DNA of 64,000 nucleotides. It comes from Candidatus Fermentibacteraceae bacterium (GTDB lineage Bacteria > Fermentibacterota > Fermentibacteria > Fermentibacterales > JCC-6). Shown piece after piece: positions 46,352-56,265 of the stretch. Where the stretch lies: the NCBI GenBank assembly GCA_041750285.1, contig JBGSZS010000009.1, positions 64,001 through 128,000 of the forward strand. The letters are read 5' to 3'. The first letter of the stretch is position 1; each line of letters opens with the position of its first letter. Both the position numbers and the translations under genes were made by a program. Below the pieces are notes generated by a model. That model was not told where the DNA came from and did not search any database. It saw only the letters and a list, made by a program, of their open reading frames with translations.

Positions 46352-47062
46352 TCAGTTCCTCCATGCTATGGGAAAGTCGACCGCAAGGACCCGATAACGA
46401 AGGTCGGGACCTTCGGACCCGGGTTCCATCACATTGAGAACGACGATGAGTATGTTTCCGTTAAGGCGGATTATCTTTGATATCCTGTACGCGAACGACT
46501 GACTGTACTCTTCCGGGGCTTCGGTCTCACGGTAGACCAGCGCCCGCGAGCGTCCGTCGGTCATGATCAGCCTGGGCAGAACCGGCTCGGGCAGCCAGTC
46601 CGATGTGCTCCCGCCCGCGCCTGAGGGAATCTGCTCAAGGATCATGGTGTAGGTTAGCGCGGGGTACCACGTGTAGTGCGGCTCCATGCAGAACACGACG
46701 GTGTCGGGAGAAACGCCGGCATCGGTGATCTTGTGGTCGAGAAGTACCTGTCCGCCGTACTGGCTGAATATTCCGAACCGTTCGAGGCTGCCCCCGGCCA
46801 GCGACAGCGCGCTGTCAGCCGCGATTTCCTCGTGGCTTGAGGCATCGGATATCAGCACGGTATGCCTTTCGAGGACCCTGTAGGGAGAGGTTGTGAACAG
46901 CTCGACCATTGACCAGGGAAAACCGCTTTCGGCCTGAACCCCGGATGACATCCAGGCTGCATGGGTTCTGCCCCTGGATGCCCCCAGATACCTGAAAGAG
47001 GCGGAATCCGTTGACCAGACCGTCGACGCGATAAAAAGGGCGCAGAACAGAACTTTCATCAT
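46352..47062 (-). CDS. Secreted protein, DUF2259-like
   Basis: Signal peptide MMKVLFCALF; SFRYLGAS, GVQAESGFP, GSEGPDLRY motifs. Confidence 0.65.
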   Translation of the reverse strand: MMKVLFCALFIASTVWSTDSASFRYLGASRGRTHAAWMSSGVQAESGFPWSMVELFTTSPYRVLERHTVLISDASSHEEIAADSALSLAGGSLERFGIFSQYGGQVLLDHKITDAGVSPDTVVFCMEPHYTWYPALTYTMILEQIPSGAGGSTSDWLPEPVLPRLIMTDGRSRALVYRETEAPEEYSQSFAYRISKIIRLNGNILIVVLNVMEPGSEGPDLRYRVLAVDFPIAWRN

Positions 47063-47135
47063 CCCTCCCCGGTTGTCCGCAACCGGCAATATGCTATGAT
47101 AATGCAACTCGGCGTATCCATGGAGAGGGGTCCGG

Positions 47136-47732
47136 ATGAGCGTTATTCCCGCTATCAGGGAACCGGCCAGCATAGCGCCTTTTTTCAAGGCCCTCGCCCA
47201 GACGACCGTTCCCGGCAGAGTCGATTCCAATTTCATGGCAGGCATTGGCTTTAGAAGGCAGTCCGATGTCGGTCTGCTCGAGCTCCTTCACTACCTCGGA
47301 TTCATGGACAGTTCGTTCCATCCCACCGATGTCTGGAGGAGATACTTCTCGGCGCCCGACGAAGAGGCAAAGCTTCTCATCTTGGGCAAAGCCGTGGGGG
47401 AGAAGTATTCCGAAGCACTCCGAAGAGGCGGAAGCGACGGCGCATCCCGTCTTAACGGAAAAGCCGTCATGGCGTACTTCAAGGCGGAAACGGGCGCCAG
47501 CGAAACCGAGACGGCCTACATGGTCCTCACACTGCAGATACTCTCGGACCTGACCCGGCTCTCGGGTCCCCCTCCTGAGACTGATGGTTTGCCCGCCCCC
47601 CCCGGCGACTCACCGGTCCCTGTTGAGGGAAAGCCCGTGACGATAACGCTTAACATCACGCTTGACCCTTCGTCAGACCCTGACCTGACCGCCCTTCTGA
47701 GAAGGATCCTGGAGAGAAACACGTTGGCATGA
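47136..47732 (+). CDS. DUF5343-like protein
   Basis: P.RVDSNFM..IGF....D....LL..LGFMD....PT pattern. Confidence 0.65.
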   Translation: MSVIPAIREPASIAPFFKALAQTTVPGRVDSNFMAGIGFRRQSDVGLLELLHYLGFMDSSFHPTDVWRRYFSAPDEEAKLLILGKAVGEKYSEALRRGGSDGASRLNGKAVMAYFKAETGASETETAYMVLTLQILSDLTRLSGPPPETDGLPAPPGDSPVPVEGKPVTITLNITLDPSSDPDLTALLRRILERNTLA

Positions 47733-48541
47733 ACCTTCCGCAGGCCGTTCCGGTCTTCCTGCTGGCCTTTGTATGCGAATTCATAGACAGCACCCTGGGC
47801 ATGGGGTACGGCACCACCCTCACGCCGGTGCTTCTTCTGATGGGGTTCAGCCCTGTGCAGATCGTTCCGGCGGTGCTTCTTTCCGAACTCGTCACCGGCG
47901 GAATGGCGGCCTTCATGCATCACAGGGCGGGAAACGCCTTTTTTGACTTCAGGAATACGCCGGAACACCGGATCGTTAAAAGAATGGGCTCGCTGGGGTA
48001 CATCCCAAGGTCACCCGACGCCCGGATCGCCTGGGTCCTCGGGATCTCGAGCCTTGTTGGGGCAGTCGGGGCGGCATTTCTTGCAATTTCCATCCCGGCG
48101 TTCCATCTCAAGCTGTCCATCGGGCTCATCGTGACTGCCATGGGCATTCTCATCCTCGCGAGACGAGGCAGCGTACCCCGTTTCAGCTGGAAACGCATAA
48201 CCGGCCTCGGGGTTGCTGCGGCTTTCAACAAGGGTCTTTCCGGGGGAGGGTACGGCCCGCTGGTCACCAGCGGACAGATCCTGAGCGGAGTAGCAACGAA
48301 AAGCGCGGTGGCTATCACGAGCATGGCGGAGAGCTTCACGTGTCTGGTGGCGGTTCTTGCTTACCTTGCAGCCGGAGTGGACATTGACTGGGCTGCAGCT
48401 CCGGCCCTTACGCTGGGCGCGGTCTGCAGTGTGCCACTGAGCGCCTTTGCGGTAAAACGCATGAAGATCGGCAACTTCACGCTCATCGTGGGTGCAGCCA
48501 CCCTCATCCTGGGGTTGTTCACGCTTTACAGGCTTTGCTAG
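47729..48541 (+). CDS. Sulfite exporter TauE/SafE family protein
   Basis: DSTLGMGYGT.LTP, GLSGGGYGP, multi-TM; ATGA overlap. Confidence 0.88.
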   Translation: MNLPQAVPVFLLAFVCEFIDSTLGMGYGTTLTPVLLLMGFSPVQIVPAVLLSELVTGGMAAFMHHRAGNAFFDFRNTPEHRIVKRMGSLGYIPRSPDARIAWVLGISSLVGAVGAAFLAISIPAFHLKLSIGLIVTAMGILILARRGSVPRFSWKRITGLGVAAAFNKGLSGGGYGPLVTSGQILSGVATKSAVAITSMAESFTCLVAVLAYLAAGVDIDWAAAPALTLGAVCSVPLSAFAVKRMKIGNFTLIVGAATLILGLFTLYRLC

Positions 48542-51500
48542 GGAAACACCTCGGACATGAGCTTCTTGAGGGTTTCATATGTGAACGGCTTCTGAAGGAA
48601 ACCCGCGATCCCCTTCCCCTCGAACCTTGCAACCACGTCCTCGCTGCTGAAGCCGCTCATGAGAACGACCTTCGCGCTGGGATCCATGCGGTTCAACTCG
48701 GTGCATGCCTCGAGTCCGTCCATCCTGGGCATTGTGAGGTCGAGGATGACCCCCCGGAAACCGTCCCTGCTCTCCCTGTAGGTCTCCACCGCTTCACGGC
48801 CGTCCGAGGCGGTCACGACATGAAAACCCAGCGCCGAGAGCATCCTTACGCCGAGCACCCTCAGTTCCTCCTCGTCATCGACAAGCAGCAGCGAACCTTG
48901 GCCTTTCCACAAGTCTTGCGGGGGGGCTTCGGCTTCCTTGGCCGGCGCTTCCTGAACCGGGCTCAGCGGGGGAAACAACACCTTCACGACGGTTCCCTCA
49001 CCGGGGGTGCTTTCGACAAGAATGCCCGCACCGTGCCCCCGGATTATCCCGAGTACCGCCACCAGACCAAGGCCACGGCCCGTAAACTTGGTCGTGAAGA
49101 AGGGTTCGAACACCCGGGCCTTGGCCTCGCTGTCCATTCCGCAGCCGTTGTCGGCCACCTCGAGCATCACGTAATCACCCGGACGCGCAGCGACGCTGAA
49201 CCGGTAGCCTGAAAGCTCATCTTCCGAAAGTTTTGCCGGACCGACCCCGACCCTTATCCACCCGGGGTTACCCATCAGGGCCTCCGATGCGTTGATGATC
49301 AGGTTCATCACGACCTGACGCAACTGGGCCGGGTCACCCAGAACTGCCGGGATTTCCTGCGAAATGTCCAGACGCAGATCCGCCTTCTTCGATACAGTCG
49401 TTCCGAGAAGGTGCGTAAGTTCCTTCACCAGCACCGAAAGGTCCACCCTCTCCTTCGAGAAGGTTGCCATCCCCGAATATGCCAGCATCTGGCGGCAGAG
49501 TTCGGACGCCCTCCGGGCTGCCAGCTCGATGTGCTGAATGCTCTCACCCGCAGTTGAGTCGTCCGGCAATGCGGCCGCGGCAAGCTGGGCGTTGCCAAGG
49601 ATTATCATGAGGATGTTGTTGAAGTCGTGGGCGATGCCGCCCGCAAGAACACCGAGGCTCTCGAGCTTCTGAGTCTGGCTGATCTGCCTTTCGAGCTTCA
49701 GTCTTTCCTCATCGGCCGCCTTCCTGTCGGAGATGTCGCGGACCGTGACTATGAACCGGGGCTTTCCCACGATCTCAGCGTATGTGGCGTTGATCTCGAC
49801 CCAGAAACTCCTTCCAGACTTGTGCCGGGCTTTCCACTCGAAGACCTGTGGGCCGTCGTGCCTCGACCTTTCAAGGTGTCCGACGATACCGTGCCTGTCG
49901 TGAAACGGTTCGTCCACGCTGAACCCGGCGATGTGTCCGTGTATCAATTCTTCCCTGGTGTAGCCGTACATGCGGCACACGGTGTCGTTCACGTCCAGTA
50001 TCTCCATGGAGTCGGCATCGTTCACTATGACGCCATCGTTCATTGAGTGAAAAAGGGCGTTGTTGTACTCGTCCTTTTCAAGAAGGCTTTGGGCGGCAAG
50101 TCTGGTGCCCGTCACGTCCAGCGCGGTGAAGGTGACACCCCTTGACGGATCGGAGGGGTCGATGGGAGTGGAACTGAGCATGACGTCTATCACCGCGCCG
50201 TCCTTGCGCCTGAATCGGGTCTGCAGGGTACCCGTGCCTTTTTCGGCGATCTGTCTGTACTTCTCAACTCCCACGTAAACGAACTCATCATCGTCCGGGT
50301 AGAGAATCCTTGCGCTCGATCCGACAAGCTCCTGACGGGAATACCCTGTCAGGTCGCACAAGGTGGGGTTCACTTCGAGCAGGACCCTGTCGGCCACAAT
50401 CCCGATGCCTATTGGAGCAGCCCTGAAAATGCTCCGAAGGTAGTTCTCCCCCTCTCTGAGCTCCTCTTCGAGCTTCTTCCGCCTGGTGATGTCGATGTTG
50501 AACTCGGCAACGAGCCTTCTGCCGTAGGAATCCCGGAAGGGTATGGTGTGGACCTCGACAACCCTGTTGTTCTCCGAAAGGAGGACCTGCTCGGCGATCT
50601 GGGTCTCACCGGTCTCGAGGGCCCTGGGAATGCCGCAGTTCTCACAGGGGGCGTCGATCCCCATGAAGTAGGAGTAGCACTTGACTCCCGAGGGGTCGCC
50701 GTGAACTTTCCTCCACCCCGGGTCCACATAGACCAGGTTGAAGCCGTCGTCGATGATGTCTATGCGGGTGTTCGTTATCTCCATGATCGTGGAAAGCCTT
50801 GAATGGGCTTCGTTGAGTTCGTTCGCGGCAGCCTTGCGCTCGGTGATGTCGAGAAGTGTCACCAGTGCCACGGGCTGACCCATGTGGCCGATCCTTGCGG
50901 TCGAGAACAGCAGGGTAAGCGGCTTGCGGACCCCCTCCACTTCGAAGGGAAGCACGGCTTCCATCTGATAGTGGCTGCCCCCGGTATCAAGAGTCTCAAG
51001 AACGCAGCCCATGACCGGACAGTCTGCACATGGGGAGCCCTGTCCTCGACCCGCATCATCCGGGGCGTCGAGACAGCCTATGGCCTTGCAGAACGCGTGG
51101 CCCGTCATCTCTGAGGTGGGCTTCCCCGTGAACTCGCAGACGGCACCGTTGACCTGCAGTATCGTTCCTTCCCCGTCCACCAGGAGAATGAGGACCGGAG
51201 CGTTCTGATAGACGGCGGCAAGGAGCGTTTCCGCCCCACGGTGATCAACCGCCTTCCTGCTTGTTGAAAGGGCCAGGGAAAGGTCGAGGGCAACGTGCCC
51301 GAGGATGCTCCCGGCTTCCCCGCAGTCACCCCGGCAGCGGACGAATACCCCACCCGTGATCGAAGCCCCGTCCTGAAGCCGGTGACCGGTCCAGCCATCC
51401 GAGATGACGGCACCCGGAGATTCAAGGGTTTTCCGCACAAAGGAGGGAAGTTCGCCGGCGGTGATGCCTTCGAGGATGGACTTTTCGGACCGTGATGAGC

Positions 51501-51666
51501 GGATGATTACTGGACGCCCGTTGTCGCCGTTCAGGAATGCGAAGGCGCTGCGGAACGCTCCCTCAGAGGTGAGAATGGTACAGGTCTTCTCGAGGAGTTC
51601 TTCGGGAGTGCCCCCGCGAAGCAACACGCTTCCAACTTCAAGTGCCGCCCAAAGCGCCCCGTTCAT
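48538..51666 (-). CDS. Hybrid sensor histidine kinase (about 4 PAS, HisKA, HATPase, REC)
   Basis: LAGGIAHDFNN, NLIINASEA, DNGCGM, FEPFFTTK..GRGLGL, LLVDDE, DLTMP.MDG, KP. Confidence 0.95.
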   Translation of the reverse strand: MNGALWAALEVGSVLLRGGTPEELLEKTCTILTSEGAFRSAFAFLNGDNGRPVIIRSSRSEKSILEGITAGELPSFVRKTLESPGAVISDGWTGHRLQDGASITGGVFVRCRGDCGEAGSILGHVALDLSLALSTSRKAVDHRGAETLLAAVYQNAPVLILLVDGEGTILQVNGAVCEFTGKPTSEMTGHAFCKAIGCLDAPDDAGRGQGSPCADCPVMGCVLETLDTGGSHYQMEAVLPFEVEGVRKPLTLLFSTARIGHMGQPVALVTLLDITERKAAANELNEAHSRLSTIMEITNTRIDIIDDGFNLVYVDPGWRKVHGDPSGVKCYSYFMGIDAPCENCGIPRALETGETQIAEQVLLSENNRVVEVHTIPFRDSYGRRLVAEFNIDITRRKKLEEELREGENYLRSIFRAAPIGIGIVADRVLLEVNPTLCDLTGYSRQELVGSSARILYPDDDEFVYVGVEKYRQIAEKGTGTLQTRFRRKDGAVIDVMLSSTPIDPSDPSRGVTFTALDVTGTRLAAQSLLEKDEYNNALFHSMNDGVIVNDADSMEILDVNDTVCRMYGYTREELIHGHIAGFSVDEPFHDRHGIVGHLERSRHDGPQVFEWKARHKSGRSFWVEINATYAEIVGKPRFIVTVRDISDRKAADEERLKLERQISQTQKLESLGVLAGGIAHDFNNILMIILGNAQLAAAALPDDSTAGESIQHIELAARRASELCRQMLAYSGMATFSKERVDLSVLVKELTHLLGTTVSKKADLRLDISQEIPAVLGDPAQLRQVVMNLIINASEALMGNPGWIRVGVGPAKLSEDELSGYRFSVAARPGDYVMLEVADNGCGMDSEAKARVFEPFFTTKFTGRGLGLVAVLGIIRGHGAGILVESTPGEGTVVKVLFPPLSPVQEAPAKEAEAPPQDLWKGQGSLLLVDDEEELRVLGVRMLSALGFHVVTASDGREAVETYRESRDGFRGVILDLTMPRMDGLEACTELNRMDPSAKVVLMSGFSSEDVVARFEGKGIAGFLQKPFTYETLKKLMSEVFP

Positions 51667-51748
51667 GGCACGCCCTTCAGTCGGTTGCCCTCAGAAGAAA
51701 TAGCTGCCGGAGCGAAATATAGGACGCCCGGACCGAGTGGGCCAGCTC

Positions 51749-54142
51749 TCAGTTCACCCGTGCCGAGAACTCACCGGTCGTCCACTCCATCCGCTGCGCC
51801 CTGGTCACCGCCAACAGGTCGGCCTCGAACTCCCTCAGCGCCGCAAGGTCTTCTTCGGGAACACATACTGTCATCCCGGCCAGTTCGGTGGCCATCGAGA
51901 GGCTGTTCTCGCTCTTGTGGCGTCTGGCCTCCTCGATGACGAGTAGCGCCATCTCGCCGTACTTGAGAGATTCGTTGTCGGGAGACCCAGCCTCGGGCCA
52001 GGGAGCCGTGTGTATGCTCTCGTGCTTCTCGTGCAGCTTGAACACCAGGTTGTAAAGCTCGTCGGTGATGTGCACCATTACCGGGGCGAAAAGCCTGAGA
52101 ACACCGTAAAGAGCGGTGTAAAGCGCATGCCTGGCGGCATTTGCCGCATTCTGATCATCTCCGTAAAGCCTTGACTTGACTATCTCGAGATAGTTGTCGC
52201 ACAGTGCTTTCCAGAAGAAGGTCTCGGCCTCGGAGATGCACGAGGAGTACTCGTACTGGTCCATGCCCGCGGTGGCCCTTGCGATCGAGCCCGAAAGCCT
52301 TGCCAGTATCCATCTGTCGAAGGGGTGCAGCACTGGGGGTTCGCCGGGAGTGAACCCTTCAAGATGCCCGGCTGCGAACCGGGCGGCATTCCAAAGCTTC
52401 GTGACAAGGCGTCTTCCCTCACCCAGAACGTCCTGGCTGAAGACAACATCGCTCCCCAGCCTGCTGGAACACGCCCAGTACCTGAGCTCGTCGGCACTGT
52501 ATACCTCGAGCGCGGCAAGGGGGTCGCCCGCGACGTTGCCCTTGCTCTTCGACATCTTTTCACGGTTCGGGTTGAGTGCGTGGCCGGAGATCATCACCGT
52601 GTCCCAGGGCGTGGAGTCGTTGTGAAGGTGGGCCTTCACGATGGTGTAGAACGCCCAGGTCCTTATGATGTCGTGCGCCTGGGGTCTGAGGCTCATGGGC
52701 AGGGCGATGTCGCGCTGATCCACCTCGCGCCACTTCAGGTTGATCTGGGGGGTAAGGCTGCTGGTGGCCCATGTATCCATGACGTCGGTCTCGGCCAGAA
52801 AGTTTGTGCACCCGCAACCGGGGCACGGTTCTTCGGGCGAATCGGCAAGGGGATCGACGGGAAGCTGCCCCTGCGACGCGAATACCGGCTGACCGCAGTC
52901 CGCGCAGAACCACACCGGGAAGGGAACCCCGAAATACCTCTGCCTTGAGATGCACCAGTCCCACTTCAGGTTCTCAACCCAGTGGTCGTACCTGACCCTG
53001 AAATGGGAGGGACGCCAGTCCACTTCCGCACCCCGCTTCAGAAGCTCTTCCTTCATGTCCAGTATCCTTATGAACCACTGCTGGTTCACGAGGTATTCGA
53101 GGGGTGTTCCACACCGCTCATGAACATTCACCGGGTGGGTTATATCCTTGCCGCCCTTGGCGAAACCCTCTTGACCGAGTTTCTCGACAATGACCTGCCT
53201 GGCCTTCTTCCAGAAAAGGCCCTGGAGGAACCCGGCCTTCTCGTTCATGTAGCCGCGCCTGTCAAGGATGATGCGGAGCTCGAGGCCGTAGTCCTGCCAC
53301 CACTGGATGTCGGTCGTGTCACCGAAGGTGCAGCACATCACCGCACCCGAACCCTTTTCCATGCTGACTGCAGGGTCGGACAGAACGGTCACCTCGCGGT
53401 CGAAGAGCGGGACGCCGACCTTGCGGCCCAGAAGATGTCTGTAGCGGCCGTCGTCGGGGTTCACGAACACGGCCACGCATGCCGGCAGCAGTTCCGGCCG
53501 AGTGGTGGCGATGGGTATGCTTTCCGAACCGCCGGCCAGGGGAAACAGAAGGTCATGGAAGAACCCTGGGATGTCCCTGTCTTCGGTCTCCGCCTGGGCT
53601 ACAGCCGTGCCGCACTCGGGGCACCAGAGGGTCGGTGATTCCTTCCTGTAGACCCTGTCCTTCCGTACCAGGTCGAGGAATGAACGCTGACTGAGCCTTT
53701 GCACCCACGGATCGATGGTCGTGTAGAGAAGGCTCCAGTCGCAGCTGAAACCGAACCTGGTCCACAGGTCCCTGAACTGCTCCTCAGCGCCGGCGGTCAC
53801 CTCGAGGCAGAGCTTGACGAAATCGGCCCTGGACATGCCGGTGGCCTTGACCCCCTTCACCTTCTCGGTGAACCTTTCACTGGGAAGACCGTTGTCATCG
53901 AAACAGAAAGGGTAAAAGACAAGGTCTCCGAGCATCCGGCGGTACCGCGCAACGACCTCGGCCTGAACGTAGCTGAATACATGACCCATGTGGATCATGC
54001 CGCTCACCGTGGGCGGCGGAGTGTCTATGGAAAAGACGCGGCGGCCCGGGCAGGGGGTGTACCTGTAAATGCCGGTTTCGGCCCAGCTTTTCTGCAGCCG
54101 GGCTTCGACTTCCCGGGGATCGTACCTTTTCGGCAGGGACAT
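51749..54142 (-). CDS. valS: Valine--tRNA ligase, short archaeal-type
   Basis: IDTPPPTVSG.IHMGH, IATTRPEL, DWCISRQR, DTWATSS, RPQAHDIIRTW, KMSKS. Confidence 0.95.
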   Translation of the reverse strand: MSLPKRYDPREVEARLQKSWAETGIYRYTPCPGRRVFSIDTPPPTVSGMIHMGHVFSYVQAEVVARYRRMLGDLVFYPFCFDDNGLPSERFTEKVKGVKATGMSRADFVKLCLEVTAGAEEQFRDLWTRFGFSCDWSLLYTTIDPWVQRLSQRSFLDLVRKDRVYRKESPTLWCPECGTAVAQAETEDRDIPGFFHDLLFPLAGGSESIPIATTRPELLPACVAVFVNPDDGRYRHLLGRKVGVPLFDREVTVLSDPAVSMEKGSGAVMCCTFGDTTDIQWWQDYGLELRIILDRRGYMNEKAGFLQGLFWKKARQVIVEKLGQEGFAKGGKDITHPVNVHERCGTPLEYLVNQQWFIRILDMKEELLKRGAEVDWRPSHFRVRYDHWVENLKWDWCISRQRYFGVPFPVWFCADCGQPVFASQGQLPVDPLADSPEEPCPGCGCTNFLAETDVMDTWATSSLTPQINLKWREVDQRDIALPMSLRPQAHDIIRTWAFYTIVKAHLHNDSTPWDTVMISGHALNPNREKMSKSKGNVAGDPLAALEVYSADELRYWACSSRLGSDVVFSQDVLGEGRRLVTKLWNAARFAAGHLEGFTPGEPPVLHPFDRWILARLSGSIARATAGMDQYEYSSCISEAETFFWKALCDNYLEIVKSRLYGDDQNAANAARHALYTALYGVLRLFAPVMVHITDELYNLVFKLHEKHESIHTAPWPEAGSPDNESLKYGEMALLVIEEARRHKSENSLSMATELAGMTVCVPEEDLAALREFEADLLAVTRAQRMEWTTGEFSARVN

Positions 54143-54155
54143 GCCGGGGTGCCTC

Positions 54156-55523
54156 CTATTCCTCCCAGCCGCTTCTCATGAGCCGGGCCATTACTTCCAC
54201 GATGTTGGAGATGTCAACCCTGATCTGGCCGAGGGAATCGCGGTCCCTCACGGTGACCTTCCCGTCTTCCGGACTGTCGAAATCAAAGGTTACGCAGTAG
54301 GGTGTGCCTATCTCGTCGTTCCGTCTGTAGCGCTTGCCTATTGAACCGGTCACGTCGAACAGGACCGGCCAGTGTGGCCGAAGGGCTTCCAGAACATTCT
54401 CCGCACCCTCCGAGAGCTTCTTTGAAAGGGGCAGGACGGCCGCCTTCACGGGTGCCAGTTTCCTGTCGAGAGAGAGAACCACCCTCTCGCGGCCTTCGAC
54501 CTCCTCGGTGCGGTAGGCGTCGAGGAGCACGGCGAGGAAGGTCCTTCCCACACCGCCCGACGTCTCCACCACATGGGGGATGTACTTCTCCCCCGAGATC
54601 GTGTCGTGGAAGCGCAGGTCCTTCCCCGAAGCCGTCATGTGGGCTTTGAGATCGTAGTCGGAGCGGTTGGCGATGCCCTCGAGCTCACCGAAACCGTCCC
54701 CCCCGGCAAAGGGGAAGCGGTACTCGATGTCGGTGCAGCCGGCGGCATAGTGGGCCAGCTCGCTCTCATCGTGCGCCCTGAGCCTCAGGTTGGCGCCTTT
54801 GATGCCAAGTGTTCCGGTGTACCACAGCAGCCTGCGGTCTATCCAGTAGCGGTACCATTTCCCGGCATCTTCAGGCCTTGTGAAGAACTCCATTTCCATC
54901 TGCTCGAACTCGCGGCTGCGGAAGATGAAGTTCCTCACCGTTATCTCGTTGCGGAAGGCCTTGCCGGTCTGGGCGACTCCGAAGGGCACGACCATGCGTG
55001 TGGACGTGACGATGTTCTGGAAATGGGTGAAGATGGACTGGCAGGTCTCGGGACGCAGGTACGCCACGGCACTGTCTTCCTCGACCGGACCCATGAATGT
55101 CTTGAACATCAGGCCGAAATCCCTTGGCTCGGTGAGCTCGCCGCCGCACTCGGGGCATGAGTCGCCCTGGAGCTGATCGGCCCTGAACCGGCCCCGGCAC
55201 TTCCTGCAGTCCACCAGGGGATCGTGGAAGTTCCTGAGGTGGCCCGATGCCTCCCAGACCCCCGGATGGGTGATAATGGCCGTGTCAACGCCCACCACGT
55301 CGTTCCGGGTGCGCACCATCTCGTTCCACCAGAGGTCGGTGATGTTCCGTTTCAGTTCAACGCCAAGCGGGCCGTAATCCCACGCGGACTGCAGACCGCC
55401 GTATATCTCGCCGGACTGGTACACGAAACCAAGCCTCTTGCACAGGCTTATGATGTCGCGCATCAGGTCGCGGCCGTCTTCCTGCGATTCGATTTCCGTT
55501 TCTCTTTCCTTGTCAGGTTGCAT
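54156..55523 (-). CDS. glyQS: Glycine--tRNA ligase, homodimeric (alpha2) type
   Basis: EIYGG, DYGPLG, ASGH, LRPET.Q, FRNEI, REFEQME, ELEGIA.R, GSIGKRYRR. Confidence 0.96.
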   Translation of the reverse strand: MQPDKERETEIESQEDGRDLMRDIISLCKRLGFVYQSGEIYGGLQSAWDYGPLGVELKRNITDLWWNEMVRTRNDVVGVDTAIITHPGVWEASGHLRNFHDPLVDCRKCRGRFRADQLQGDSCPECGGELTEPRDFGLMFKTFMGPVEEDSAVAYLRPETCQSIFTHFQNIVTSTRMVVPFGVAQTGKAFRNEITVRNFIFRSREFEQMEMEFFTRPEDAGKWYRYWIDRRLLWYTGTLGIKGANLRLRAHDESELAHYAAGCTDIEYRFPFAGGDGFGELEGIANRSDYDLKAHMTASGKDLRFHDTISGEKYIPHVVETSGGVGRTFLAVLLDAYRTEEVEGRERVVLSLDRKLAPVKAAVLPLSKKLSEGAENVLEALRPHWPVLFDVTGSIGKRYRRNDEIGTPYCVTFDFDSPEDGKVTVRDRDSLGQIRVDISNIVEVMARLMRSGWEE

Positions 55524-56265
55524 CGAGCATGTCCTCCATGATTCGAAGGGCCTTCAGGGGAAGCCTCTTCTCAAGGTGGGTTTCGGTGTATTCCCTGAGA
55601 AGGTCAAGGCACTGCCGGAACCCGCCGGGCCACAACCTGACCTTCACGACTTTATCAAGGGGCGTTCCGGCGGATTTCGCCAGAAAACCCAGAAGCCCCG
55701 GTGACACGGTCTCACTTCCCGGCGCACACCCCGAACACACAACCCCCCCCGCGGATGGGTTCCAGCGGGGCGGAACGGGTTCGGTCCTGCCGCACAGTGC
55801 ACAGGACTCGATCTGCATCCCGTGCCCGGAAAGCGCCAGAAGCCTCTGGATACCGCCGCAAAGCACCGGCATTGGAGATGCCCCGCCCTCCAGCAGACTG
55901 AACACGTTGTCCAGCAGATGGTAGACCGGCTCTGAAGGCTCGTTGCCGTAGCTCACCACCGACAGCAGCCACTCGGAAAACACGGCCGCGGCGGCGAAAG
56001 CCCGTGGATCCTCACGAAGACCTTCACGGTGTGCCAGCACGGATGCCTCGATGACAGTATCCAGTTCGCGCCCCTCCCTTCGGGAGAGGCAGAACTCCCC
56101 TTCACTGAAGAGCTCGACCTTGCCCAGAAGGCTGCCCTTCGGACGAAGGCAACCCCTGGCCATGCCGCTGGCCCTTCCCAGATCAAGGGAATACAGGGTA
56201 AGTATAAGCGATGATTCGCTCCAGCGTACCCTTCTCAGTACGAACGCCGGTGTTGTAAGCCTCAA
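55513..56265 (-). CDS. recO: DNA repair protein RecO
   Basis: N-terminal VLR...ESSLIL.L....G...MARG, CxxC...CxxC; located upstream of glyQS. Confidence 0.9.
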   Translation of the reverse strand: MRLTTPAFVLRRVRWSESSLILTLYSLDLGRASGMARGCLRPKGSLLGKVELFSEGEFCLSRREGRELDTVIEASVLAHREGLREDPRAFAAAAVFSEWLLSVVSYGNEPSEPVYHLLDNVFSLLEGGASPMPVLCGGIQRLLALSGHGMQIESCALCGRTEPVPPRWNPSAGGVVCSGCAPGSETVSPGLLGFLAKSAGTPLDKVVKVRLWPGGFRQCLDLLREYTETHLEKRLPLKALRIMEDMLDAT

